Source of the DNA: an uncultured Ignavibacteria bacterium
Lineage (GTDB): Bacteria; Zixibacteria; MSB-5A5; CAIYYT01
Length of the DNA: 64,000 nucleotides
Direction of reading: 5' to 3'
NCBI GenBank assembly: GCA_964537215.1
Contig: CAZIBI010000006.1
Location: 55,221-119,220 of the forward strand
The notes under the pieces are model-generated. The model was not told the DNA's origin. It worked only from the letters and a program-made list of their open reading frames with translations, and did not search any database. A program made the translations under genes and the position numbers. Positions 1-8,740 of this stretch are shown in pieces. The number at the start of each line of letters is the position of its first letter. The first letter of the stretch is position 1.

Positions 1-23
1 GGGAGAGGGGTAGGGGTGAGGGC
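1..23 (+). repeat. REP-like CCCTCTCCC/GGGAGAGGG element, right half (cut by window start)
   Basis: gggagaggggtaggggtgagggc closely matches the 3' halves of the copies at 25580 and 61283. Confidence 0.75.
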
Positions 24-81
24 GTCGGGGCTAGCGCGCCAAACTCGAATTTGATTACTAACAATACATCTGGAGGAATCT

Positions 82-1413
82 GTGGCAAAACCTGTTGACC
101 GTATGGAACAAATCGTCTCGCTCTGCAAACGGCGCGGTTTCGTCTTCCCATCATCCGAAATCTATGGCGGCCTCGGCTCCTGCTGGGACTACGGCCCCTA
201 CGGCATCGAACTCAAACGCAACCTGAAGGACTTCTGGTGGAAGGCCATGACGCAAAAGCGCGACGACATCGAGGGCGTCGACGCTGCCATTCTCATGCAC
301 CCCAAGGTCTGGGAAACCTCCGGCCACGTCGCCAATTTCACCGACCCGATGGTCGACTGCAAGAAATGCAAAGCTCGTTTTCGCGCCGATCAGATGGACA
401 CCGCGCGCTGCCCGCTGAAACCAAGCAAATCCCCGCTCGAATGCGGCGGCGAACTCACCGAACCGCGCCAGTTCAACCTGATGTTCAAGACCTTCATGGG
501 TCCGGTCGAAGAATCCAGCGCTGTCGTCTATTTGCGCCCCGAGACCGCGCAAGGCATCTATGTCAACTTCCTCAACGTCATGGGTCCGGCACGCCAGAAA
601 CCACCGTTCGGTATCGCGCAAATCGGCAAGGCTTTCCGCAACGAAATCACCCCCGGCAATTTCATCTTCCGCACCCGCGAATTCGAACAGATGGAAATGC
701 AGTTCTTCATCAAACCGTCCGATGACGAACAGTGGTTCGAGTATTGGAAAGCCGAACGCCTCAAATGGTATCTCGAACTCGGCATCCGTCCCGAACGCCT
801 GCGCTATCACGAACATGGCGAGGGCGAACTCGCGCACTACGCCAAAAAAGCGTTCGACATCGAATACGAATTCCCCTTCGGCTGGAAAGAACTCGAAGGC
901 ATCCACAACCGCACCGATTTCGATTTAAGCCGCCACATGGAAGCCACCGGCAAAGACCTTTCCTATTTCGATGACCAGACGCGCGAAAAGTACGTACCCT
1001 ACATCATCGAAACTTCCGCCGGCTGCGACCGCACGCTCTTGGTCTGTCTGGTTGATGCTTATGAAGAAGAAGAAGTCAAAGGCGAAGTCCGTGTCGTGCT
1101 GAAATTCTCTCCGAAGATCGCTCCGATCAAAGCCGCGGTGCTCCCGCTCGTGAAAAAAGACGGCATGCCGGAATTCGCGACCAATCTCTTCCACGACCTC
1201 AAGAAGCACTTCAAGTGCTTCTATGACGACGCCGGCGCCGTTGGCCGCCGCTATCGCCGCATGGATGAAATCGGCACGCCGTATTGCATCACTGTCGATG
1301 GCCAAACTCTGACCGACCAAACCGTGACCATCCGTGACCGCGACACCATGACCCAAGACCGCGTCAACGTCTCGACCTTGGTCGATTGGCTGAAGGGCAA
1401 GATAGAAGGGTAA
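82..1413 (+). CDS. glyQS: Glycine--tRNA ligase (alpha2, eukaryote-like type)
   Basis: Motifs KRRGFVFPSSEIYGG, YLRPETAQGI, FRNEITP, RTREFEQME and ELEGIHNR, plus an anticodon-binding C-terminus. GTG start with GGAGG RBS. Confidence 0.97.
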   Translation: MAKPVDRMEQIVSLCKRRGFVFPSSEIYGGLGSCWDYGPYGIELKRNLKDFWWKAMTQKRDDIEGVDAAILMHPKVWETSGHVANFTDPMVDCKKCKARFRADQMDTARCPLKPSKSPLECGGELTEPRQFNLMFKTFMGPVEESSAVVYLRPETAQGIYVNFLNVMGPARQKPPFGIAQIGKAFRNEITPGNFIFRTREFEQMEMQFFIKPSDDEQWFEYWKAERLKWYLELGIRPERLRYHEHGEGELAHYAKKAFDIEYEFPFGWKELEGIHNRTDFDLSRHMEATGKDLSYFDDQTREKYVPYIIETSAGCDRTLLVCLVDAYEEEEVKGEVRVVLKFSPKIAPIKAAVLPLVKKDGMPEFATNLFHDLKKHFKCFYDDAGAVGRRYRRMDEIGTPYCITVDGQTLTDQTVTIRDRDTMTQDRVNVSTLVDWLKGKIEG

Positions 1414-1424
1414 TCTTCAATTGT

Positions 1425-1450
1425 GTCATCCCGACGAAGGTCGGGATCCA
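1425..1450. repeat. REP-like hairpin GTCATCCCGAC-GAAG-GTCGGGATCCA
   Basis: Stem atcccgac/gtcgggat with a 4-nt loop just after the glyQS stop. May double as a terminator. Confidence 0.6.
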
Positions 1451-1456
1451 GGCTTC

Positions 1457-1479
1457 GTAGGGGCGAGGTTTCCTAGCCC
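1457..1479 (+). repeat. GTAG-type REP hairpin
   Basis: GTAG followed by gggcgagg-ttt-cctagccc, an imperfect stem. Confidence 0.6.
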
Positions 1480-1493
1480 GAAAATGCACAGCC

Positions 1494-1519
1494 TCGTAGG
1501 TCGGGTTTTTCGCTTCAAG
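1494..1519 (+). repeat. Left arm of a split GTAG-type REP hairpin
   Basis: tcgtaggtcgggtttttcgcttcaag is 24/26 identical to the reverse complement of 3563-3588. It ends in cgcttcaag, which is repeated directly at 3561-3569. Confidence 0.75.
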
Positions 1520-3356
1520 TCAGTTTGGTTAACATATCATGAATCCATTTCAGCGTGAGGCTACAAGATTCTCGACTCTCCTCTGAGAATGAATGTTCCC
1601 GGCGATTTATCAGACATTCCTGAATTGACCTTGCAAAGAGGTCCTTCCTGTTCTTTTGTGCGTTCGGATAGCAGCTTTTTTGTATAACCAGACGATCATC
1701 ATCGGTAATGATTCGATCGAGGGTCTTTTTCGCAAGTGACTGTGCAACGTCACCGAGCGTGAAAACGCGGTCATGTAGGATGCTACCGAATACGTCAAGA
1801 TACCTCTTCTTCTGTCTGGCCCCTTCTCTATCTCCATCAAGCAGAATAATGAATGGCTTTCCCCAGGCGAGGTAAATCTTTATGACTGTGTCAAGTGATC
1901 CAGCACCAGTTCCGGGCAAGACTGATGACTCCGGACCCAATCTTTGATTCATCAAGTATTTTAGGACATAGAAATCATTTTTGCCTTCGACCATTACCAG
2001 TCTCGGAACGGGCTCAAGAAGGCTTGGTTGGTAGTCCAGAACATCTAAGATAGGTTGAAAATAAGTAAACTGGTCAGGATGCTTTACGGCAAACTCACGA
2101 TATCTGCTCGTTTGAATCTGCGTTTGTGAGCTGTTGTACGAATCCTCCGGCGCATCATAACTCAAACCTGCATTTCGAACGACATAGGTTCCCTCCAACC
2201 ACTCAGGGTTAATGAGATGATGACTATGCGTAGTATAGATTACGGTACACGTTTTGGCGAGGACGCCTAGACTTTTCAGAAGCTTCTGCTGCGCTGTTTG
2301 GTGGAGGTTAGACGCTGGCTCATCAAACAGAAAGAGAACTCTTTTGGACGATTGATCGTTCCGGTATCTTCTATAATGCGTAAGTAGGAAGAAGACAAAG
2401 AACCATCTAAATCCGAGTGATCTCTCCTTAATCCTATATGATTGATCTGCCTCCTTTATTTTGAATTCAACGTAGAGCTTGGGCTTGCATCCTGCAGGTT
2501 GGTCTTCTGCGTCACAAGCTATTGAAATCTCCTTGTCCTTGATCTCTCGAGAAAATATCCTGTTCCATTCAGCGAATACGACTCTTGACACGTCGCGGGA
2601 CATCTTATTTAGTAGCGCTTCGAGGCTTCTTTTGTCCTGCTTATCTGTACTCGTCGCCCGGTCTAGTAAATGAGTCTTGAAATCCAGTGATTGGTCCACT
2701 GACTTCAATATGTCCTCGAGTACTTGTCTATAGAACTGATGCTTTTTGTCATCAGTACCATAATTCTCAAGGTAGATCTTATCTGGAAAATCGAACAAGA
2801 AATTCTGAAAGTACAATATCTCAGGAATGAGATTTCGAAGTTCACCTGTGAACAGATCAATTTCTTCTTTTGCTAACTGAGAAAGGCTGATCGGGCTCTT
2901 TCTTCGCCCTCGTCTAAAACTCGCATCAATTTGGAATGTGGAACCAGTTTTTAAGTATTTCGAGTTCTTGTACCTGCGAAACTGTTTGATCTTTAGTTCT
3001 TGCCCTAAGGACTCGACGATCAAGCCAAGAGATTTTGTCATTACCTCTTTCATCTTGGCAACGTCAGCAGCATCGAGCAAGAGTTCGACATCGAGCACTA
3101 TGTCATCATTAAAATTGTGCCGCAGGTTTATTGGAATGAGCTCATGTTCATCCTCGATGGTTCTGCCAGGCAACTCTAATAGGTCTAAATCGCCTGCTTT
3201 GAATGAAAAGGCGTTTATCGCGTCTAGAATCGTCGTCTTGCCACTTTCATTAAGCCCAACAAGTGTAAAAACATCTTGAGAGGGAGATCGCCCCAAATCC
3301 ATGGATGCGTATTCAATTCCCTTGAAGTTAGTTATCTCAAATTTCGTATATCGCAT
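1515..3356 (-). CDS. OLD-family ATP-dependent nuclease (ABC/AAA ATPase + TOPRIM), probable anti-phage factor
   Basis: Walker A GLNESGKT, signature-like RSLGFRWF, Walker B LFDEPASNLH, H-loop TTHS, TOPRIM motifs VEGKND and LDGD. GC about 37-45% in hand-counted lines versus about 60% in a glyQS line. Confidence 0.85.
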   Translation of the reverse strand: MRYTKFEITNFKGIEYASMDLGRSPSQDVFTLVGLNESGKTTILDAINAFSFKAGDLDLLELPGRTIEDEHELIPINLRHNFNDDIVLDVELLLDAADVAKMKEVMTKSLGLIVESLGQELKIKQFRRYKNSKYLKTGSTFQIDASFRRGRRKSPISLSQLAKEEIDLFTGELRNLIPEILYFQNFLFDFPDKIYLENYGTDDKKHQFYRQVLEDILKSVDQSLDFKTHLLDRATSTDKQDKRSLEALLNKMSRDVSRVVFAEWNRIFSREIKDKEISIACDAEDQPAGCKPKLYVEFKIKEADQSYRIKERSLGFRWFFVFFLLTHYRRYRNDQSSKRVLFLFDEPASNLHQTAQQKLLKSLGVLAKTCTVIYTTHSHHLINPEWLEGTYVVRNAGLSYDAPEDSYNSSQTQIQTSRYREFAVKHPDQFTYFQPILDVLDYQPSLLEPVPRLVMVEGKNDFYVLKYLMNQRLGPESSVLPGTGAGSLDTVIKIYLAWGKPFIILLDGDREGARQKKRYLDVFGSILHDRVFTLGDVAQSLAKKTLDRIITDDDRLVIQKSCYPNAQKNRKDLFARSIQECLINRREHSFSEESRESCSLTLKWIHDMLTKLT

Positions 3357-3512
3357 GCTCCTCAGACCGCCTTTACGTGAGTTCGTTCAAGAAAATATAA
3401 TAGACCCGTTCGCAATAGCACAAGGAGTTTCGAATTGTAAACTGGCAGATCGCCTCCCCACCATTAAGCCAGCGCAGGACGAAACGCTAAACTCGATAAT
3501 CCTATTTATCAG

Positions 3513-3588
3513 TTCGTAGGTCGTATTCCGAGCGTTTCTGACATTCCCGCATTCGGATTCCGCTTCAAGCGAGAAACCCGACCTACGA
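3513..3588. repeat. GTAG-type REP element with terminal inverted repeat tcgtaggtcg/cgacctacga
   Basis: 10-bp terminal inverted repeat. Contains cgcttcaag and the right arm aaacccgacctacga. Confidence 0.65.
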
Positions 3589-4158
3589 CTTCCGCCCCCG
3601 CATCGCCATCAACGCAAGACTCCCATTGAGCAAAAAAATGTAGGCTGCGAAACTGGTACTCTCAAAGCTGTGGGTTTGAACTGACAGGAGACTAATCCCA
3701 AAACCGATTGCACTGATACCATACCCAATCCAACTCTCGGACTGCGGATGTCGATACGCTTTGATCAGCGTCGGTATCGCTGCGAGAATATCCGCCAGAA
3801 GCGAAAACAGCAGCGCCAAATTCGGATTGTCGGTAATCGCCCAGAGGATGATCCCAATGACGGCCGCCGCCATCAGGTAGTAGTCGCGCGGATCACTTTT
3901 CCAATACGCTTTCTCATTGAAGAACGATGCCGCGACTATCAGCAGCGGCATAAGTCCGGCAACGAACGAAGTCCACGATATGCTCGCAACGCCCTGCGCC
4001 CTTTGCGCTACAAAAATGACCAGCGGGAAAATGCCCCACAACAACCACGTGATGCGGTTTGGTTGGGCTTTGCCGACGATGGTATCGAACAGGTAATACA
4101 ATCCGCCGACCGAGCCGATCACGGCACCGACAATCGCGCAATACTCTGGTAGCATACG
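3583..4158 (-). CDS. Polytopic membrane protein of unknown function (PQ-loop-like pattern)
   Basis: About 6-7 hydrophobic segments, with PNRITWLLW and AAIPTLIKAYRHPQSE motifs. ATG near 4158 preferred over the ORF-track start at 4176. Confidence 0.6.
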   Translation of the reverse strand, partial: RMLPEYCAIVGAVIGSVGGLYYLFDTIVGKAQPNRITWLLWGIFPLVIFVAQRAQGVASISWTSFVAGLMPLLIVAASFFNEKAYWKSDPRDYYLMAAAVIGIILWAITDNPNLALLFSLLADILAAIPTLIKAYRHPQSESWIGYGISAIGFGISLLSVQTHSFESTSFAAYIFLLNGSLALMAMRGRKS

Positions 4159-4249
4159 CCAATCACCGCAAACCAATCTGAAGTGTCAAGAACTTCGTCT
4201 GCGGACCGGGTTTCTATCGAACTTGCCGGACCTCGTCCAGTCGCGCCCC

Positions 4250-4720
4250 TTACTGTGCCCGCAACTTTGCCAACACCTTGCCTTCACCGTTGAACAGTCT
4301 CAACTCGTCGCCGTTGACTTGAAATCTCATCGTTGCGTCAAGTGCATTCAGGAAAACTTGCTCATACGCCGGTTCCGTCAAACAAGCCATCTTGGTCGTC
4401 ACCAGATGCGCAAACACCAAAGTGTCCGCGCTCATCATGTAGATTCCCATCAAACGATTACAGCCGGTACTTCCGGTGACGCTGCTGTCGCTCGCTGCGA
4501 GCACGAATTGCATCGCCTTGCTGCTTGTATCCGGTGCGATAGCTGTTCCCCCGACTTCAAACACGGCCCAGGTTCTGTCGAGAATTGCCCCGCCCGTTTG
4601 TTCGGACTTTTGGCTCTCCAGCGCCGGTGTCTGCTTCTCGCTTGTCTCGCCCTTCTTTTGACATCCAACACCAACAAAGACCAAGACCGCTGCCACCGTG
4701 CCGACAACAATTTGCTTCAT
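4250..4720 (-). CDS. META domain (HslJ-like) lipoprotein
   Basis: Lipobox VGVGC and the META pattern GSTGCNRLMG...TTKMAC. Confidence 0.85.
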   Translation of the reverse strand: MKQIVVGTVAAVLVFVGVGCQKKGETSEKQTPALESQKSEQTGGAILDRTWAVFEVGGTAIAPDTSSKAMQFVLAASDSSVTGSTGCNRLMGIYMMSADTLVFAHLVTTKMACLTEPAYEQVFLNALDATMRFQVNGDELRLFNGEGKVLAKLRAQ

Positions 4721-4829
4721 GCTTTCCCTCCCTGAAGATTCATTTTGTGCTTGAGCCCAATTGACTCACACTTTGAGCCGTAACACAATAGAATACGCAG
4801 AGACTCTAATTGCAAATCAGGAGGAATTA

Positions 4830-5258
4830 ATGATTCGTAAAGCATCCGCCATCTGGAAAGGCGATCTCAAATCCGGCAAGGGCACACTTGCAACTGAAAC
4901 CGGAGTGCTCAAAGACACCCAGTATTCATTCGCTTCGCGCTTCGAAACCGGCACCGGCACCAACCCCGAAGAACTTATCGGTGCGGCACATGCCGGTTGC
5001 TTTTCGATGGCGCTTTCCGGCGGCTTGACAGCGGCGGGATTTGTCCCGGATCAAATCACCACCACCGCCAACGTCCACATTGATAAGGTCGCGACCGGCT
5101 TCAAGGTCACGTTGATCGAACTCTCCACTGAAGCTCGCGTGCCGAATATCGACGACGCCAAATTTCAGGAAATCGCCGCCGGCACCAAAACCGGCTGCCC
5201 GATTTCGCAGGCGCTTGCCGCCACCGAAATCAAACTCACGGCCAAGCTGCTCAAGTAG
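4830..5258 (+). CDS. osmC: OsmC family peroxiredoxin
   Basis: MIRKASAIWKG start, GTNPEELIGAAHAGCFSMAL and the second Cys in GCPIS. RBS GAGGA before ATG 4830. Confidence 0.92.
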   Translation: MIRKASAIWKGDLKSGKGTLATETGVLKDTQYSFASRFETGTGTNPEELIGAAHAGCFSMALSGGLTAAGFVPDQITTTANVHIDKVATGFKVTLIELSTEARVPNIDDAKFQEIAAGTKTGCPISQALAATEIKLTAKLLK

Positions 5259-5278
5259 CAGTCTGCACAAACGATGCT

Positions 5279-5319
5279 GGTCGGGTTTGATTCCTGCTTT
5301 GAGCGCAGCAGACCCGACC
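5279..5319. repeat. REP-like hairpin or terminator after osmC
   Basis: ggtcgggttt...agacccgacc arms resemble those at 1494 and 3563. Confidence 0.5.
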
Positions 5320-5501
5320 TCGCCCCCACTACTCCATATTAATACTTGACATCCTTGACGAATTTCTTAGCTTGAAAACAGCGCGGGGCAGCCGCGACTT
5401 AACAACTACGTCAATCCATACGTCATAGAGGCTTTTCTAACATCTTTCTTCGCTAACGTTTTAGACCAAACTCTATCGAAGTCCACTTATTGGGAGGATG
5501 T

Positions 5502-7001
5502 ATGTCTAAACGTGACCCCAATCGTAGTCACATCCGCGCATTCGCTTCGGCGCGAATAATAGTCGCGCTATTACTTACTACATTTATTTCTGGCATTGCC
5601 CTCGCGGCGCAACCGTCGATTTCGATCGAACGCCCGCGGGACGTGATACAAGGATCCTTCGAGTATGTCGATGTCAAATACGAAGCCAACAGTTCAAGTC
5701 TGCAATTTGCCGGATTTGACCTCTTGATATCTTATGACGCAGCTGCCTTGACCCTGATTGATGCCACACAGGGAAATCTCCTGAACGACTGCGGCTGGCA
5801 GTACTTCACCTACCGCGTCGGCAACGACGCTTGCACGGGCAGTTGTCCTTCCAGCGTTGTTCGCATCGTTGCTCTTGGCGATAGTCCGCAGGTATCCGGG
5901 CAGCAATCGTGCAATCTCGGCGCGTCGTCTGGAAACCTCGCGACCATTAAGTTCCTCGTCACTAATGATGCCAGCTTTGAATGCATAACCGTACCCGTTC
6001 AATTCTATTGGTCCGATTGCGGCGACAATGTATTAAGCAGCGTAACCGGCAATACTCTGTTCGTCGCCGATACTGTATATTACGGATTCGCATCCGACCT
6101 GATTTACCCAGTTCCGAACGGACTGCAAACCAATCAAGGTTGGCCCGAATCCTGTGCTTCCGAGCTGGGAAACAACCAGGCAAATCGCGCTGTCAACTTC
6201 CGCGAGGGCGGTGTCAGCATCGTGTGTCCTGAGCCTATCGACTATCGCGGCGATATCAACCTCAACGCGCTTGCCTATGAAGTCGCCGATGCAATTCTCT
6301 TCTCCGACTACTTTTTCGCTGGACTAGCGGCATTCACGACAGACGTCAACGCCCAGGTCGACGCCACCGACGTCAACGCCAACGGCCTGCCGCTGGAATT
6401 TCGCGACCTAATATATCTCCTCCGAATCATTCTCGGCGACGCTCTGCCGTTCCCCAAGGCTCCCGCGGTCGATACCTTGACGGCTGTCTTTACCCAGAAT
6501 ACTCTTTCTAAATTTGTGCGCGTAGAATCGCCGCACCTGCTGGCTGGCGCAATTCTCGATTTTGACGGCCAAATCACCCCCGACTACTTGCCCGCCGCGC
6601 CCGATAATTTCTTCCAAGAATCGATGAACCTTGCCGGCGGAACCCGGATACTTGTCGCAAGCGGCCAACCGGGCCAGGCTACAAACGGGATCTGGTTCAG
6701 CTATACCGGCGATGCCGCCCTCGTTTCGGTGACGACGACAGATTTCGCGGACTCTCCAATTGACGCCCAGATTGCTTTTGAAACCGCCCCGGCTAACTGC
6801 GGCGACGTCAACAACGATAGACATACCAACATCAGTGACGCAGTCTCCCTGATCAACTACATCTTCGATGTCTTTCCGTCGCAGATCGATCCATACGCCT
6901 CGGATGTTGATTGCGACCGGATGATTTCGATTTCTGATGCGGTCTTACTGGTGAATTACATTTTCGCGGGCGGTACAGCGCCCTGCGCGGCCTGCAACTA
7001 A
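5502..7001 (+). CDS. Secreted cohesin-like + two dockerin-like domain protein
   Basis: Signal peptide. Cohesin-type strand pattern GFDLLISYDAAALTL. Internal dockerin-like pair GDINLN...AD / DVNANG...RDLIYLLR. C-terminal dockerin CGDVNND..ISDAVSLINYIF / DVDCD..ISDAVLLVNYIF. RBS GGAGG before ATG 5502. Confidence 0.8.
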   Translation: MSKRDPNRSHIRAFASARIIVALLLTTFISGIALAAQPSISIERPRDVIQGSFEYVDVKYEANSSSLQFAGFDLLISYDAAALTLIDATQGNLLNDCGWQYFTYRVGNDACTGSCPSSVVRIVALGDSPQVSGQQSCNLGASSGNLATIKFLVTNDASFECITVPVQFYWSDCGDNVLSSVTGNTLFVADTVYYGFASDLIYPVPNGLQTNQGWPESCASELGNNQANRAVNFREGGVSIVCPEPIDYRGDINLNALAYEVADAILFSDYFFAGLAAFTTDVNAQVDATDVNANGLPLEFRDLIYLLRIILGDALPFPKAPAVDTLTAVFTQNTLSKFVRVESPHLLAGAILDFDGQITPDYLPAAPDNFFQESMNLAGGTRILVASGQPGQATNGIWFSYTGDAALVSVTTTDFADSPIDAQIAFETAPANCGDVNNDRHTNISDAVSLINYIFDVFPSQIDPYASDVDCDRMISISDAVLLVNYIFAGGTAPCAACN

Positions 7002-7044
7002 ACATTGTTAGCAGCAACGACTTAACACGATTCGCCGAGGTATC

Positions 7045-7971
7045 ATGCCCAAGCTTTCAATCTCCTGCAGCTGTGTGCACAATTTTCTAATCAGTGCCTT
7101 CGTGTGCACAGTGGTTGTTTGCTCTTTCGCATCGACAACGACGCTTGCTTACGAGCCAAAAGTTTTCATTGAATACGCCGGAAACGCCTCCACCGGTAGC
7201 CGGGAATCTATCAGGGTCTTTTTCGACCCTAACCGTTCTGGATTCAGGGCCGCCGCTTTCGAACTCATGATCAGCTACGATGCGACCGTACTCGAAATCG
7301 ATACTGTGATGCCGGGACAATTGCTTACCAGTTGCCATTGGGATTTCTTCGTCTATCAGACCGGCGCCGCAACCCCTTGCGGCACCGGCTGCCCGGAGGG
7401 GGTTATTCGTATCGTTGGGATGTCTTGGAATCCGCCCTCTTGCTATCTCGGAGATACTGGACCGGGAGCGATCGCCGTCATGAAGTTTACTTTTATCGGC
7501 AACATCGGGAACGGCTGTAAGTCGTTTCCAATTCGTTTTTTCTGGAGCAAGTGTTCAGATAACACTTTTGTTGGGGGCACCGGTTATCCCGTTTATACCG
7601 CTGATAGCGTCTTCTGGAGTGACCAACCCAATCACTATTACCCGATTCCTGCCGGACTCTACACAAACGAAGGAATGCCCCCCTCTTGCTATGTGTCCGA
7701 TCCACATCGCATGATTACCTTCCGCGAGGGCGCAGTAGTGACCGCCTGTCCCCTCCCATCCCCAATCTGCGGAGATACTAATTTTGATCAGGTCATCAAC
7801 ATGGGGGATGCCGTCGCGTTGGTGAATCACATCTTTTTGCATATGCCGCTGCCATGGGGTGCGTCATCTGGTGACATGAACTGCGACTTTGCCAGGACCC
7901 TTGCCGACGTTGTGTATCTGGTCAACTACATCTTCAATAAAGGACCGGCTCCCTGCGCCGGCTGTAAGTGA
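7045..7971 (+). CDS. Secreted cohesin-like + one dockerin domain protein
   Basis: Signal peptide, AFELMISYDATVLEI cohesin pattern, and C-terminal CGDTNFDQVINMGDAVALVNHIF / GDMNCD..LADVVYLVNYIF. Confidence 0.8.
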   Translation: MPKLSISCSCVHNFLISAFVCTVVVCSFASTTTLAYEPKVFIEYAGNASTGSRESIRVFFDPNRSGFRAAAFELMISYDATVLEIDTVMPGQLLTSCHWDFFVYQTGAATPCGTGCPEGVIRIVGMSWNPPSCYLGDTGPGAIAVMKFTFIGNIGNGCKSFPIRFFWSKCSDNTFVGGTGYPVYTADSVFWSDQPNHYYPIPAGLYTNEGMPPSCYVSDPHRMITFREGAVVTACPLPSPICGDTNFDQVINMGDAVALVNHIFLHMPLPWGASSGDMNCDFARTLADVVYLVNYIFNKGPAPCAGCK

Positions 7972-7985
7972 GAATCTGCGCCCTA

Positions 7986-8546
7986 TTAGGGAGCGAGTCG
8001 CATTCCGTTGCTGCTATGATCAATTAACTTTTCCAGCCGCTTCTGCCGCGTCTCTTCCTTCTTCGCGCTCATTACCCAGAAACTCGCGACTCGCTGGTAC
8101 CACGGCGCTTGCGCGCTGAAAAATTCCCACGCCTTTTTGTTCTTGCGCAATATCTTTTCGTAAGCATCATCAAGCTTGCGCGGTTTCTGCTCGTAAGAGT
8201 AATCCCGCCGCTTGCTGGAGCTGCGCTCAAACGCCGTCGCGCCGCAAGGCATCACCAGTCCGAGTTGCTTAAGTTCACCATATCGCTCGATATTGACCTT
8301 GCTCCAATTGCTCGTTGCCCTGCGCGGCGTGAAACGAATCTTGTAACTTGAGCTGTCTATACTTTTGCGCACTCCATCAATCCAACCGAAACACAACGCC
8401 TCATCCACCGATTCCTTCCAACTGATACTCGGCTGTCCCGAGCTGACTTTGTAGAAACCCACCCACAGCTCGTCAACATGGGAATGATTGGCCCTCAGCC
8501 AGCGCCGAAACTCCGCCTGGGTTTTGAAGAACTTGATTTCTGGCAT
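7986..8546 (-). CDS. YdeI/OmpD-associated family protein
   Basis: FRRWLRANH, EALCFGWIDG, RFTPRR..SNWS and C-terminal KKEETRQKRL motifs. Confidence 0.88.
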   Translation of the reverse strand: MPEIKFFKTQAEFRRWLRANHSHVDELWVGFYKVSSGQPSISWKESVDEALCFGWIDGVRKSIDSSSYKIRFTPRRATSNWSKVNIERYGELKQLGLVMPCGATAFERSSSKRRDYSYEQKPRKLDDAYEKILRKNKKAWEFFSAQAPWYQRVASFWVMSAKKEETRQKRLEKLIDHSSNGMRLAP

Positions 8547-8602
8547 TACTCGAACAAGCTCCCAATTTCGAAAGCTCCTGTCAAGTCATCGATACAATAT
8601 TC

Positions 8603-8631
8603 TTGACAATTACTAACTGACTGACTATCAT
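8603..8631 (+). promoter_or_regulatory. Sigma70-type promoter of the third cohesin-dockerin gene
   Basis: TTGACA (8603-8608), 17-nt spacer, TATCAT (8626-8631). Confidence 0.65.
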
Positions 8632-8740
8632 GGTTGAGTAACTCAAGTATTCATCAACTTCTCTTTCATAGGAATCTAACCGCCTCATTCTGCTATCGGA
8701 CAGTTGTCTTCGATTCCTGACTAAAACCAGAGGAGGTTGT

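Noticed and set aside
1494-3588. Insertion sequence, integron cassette, Gabija or retron system
   Set aside because: There is no transposase or integrase, no attC-type GTTRRRY/RYYYAAC ends at the junctions, and no UvrD helicase or reverse transcriptase partner.
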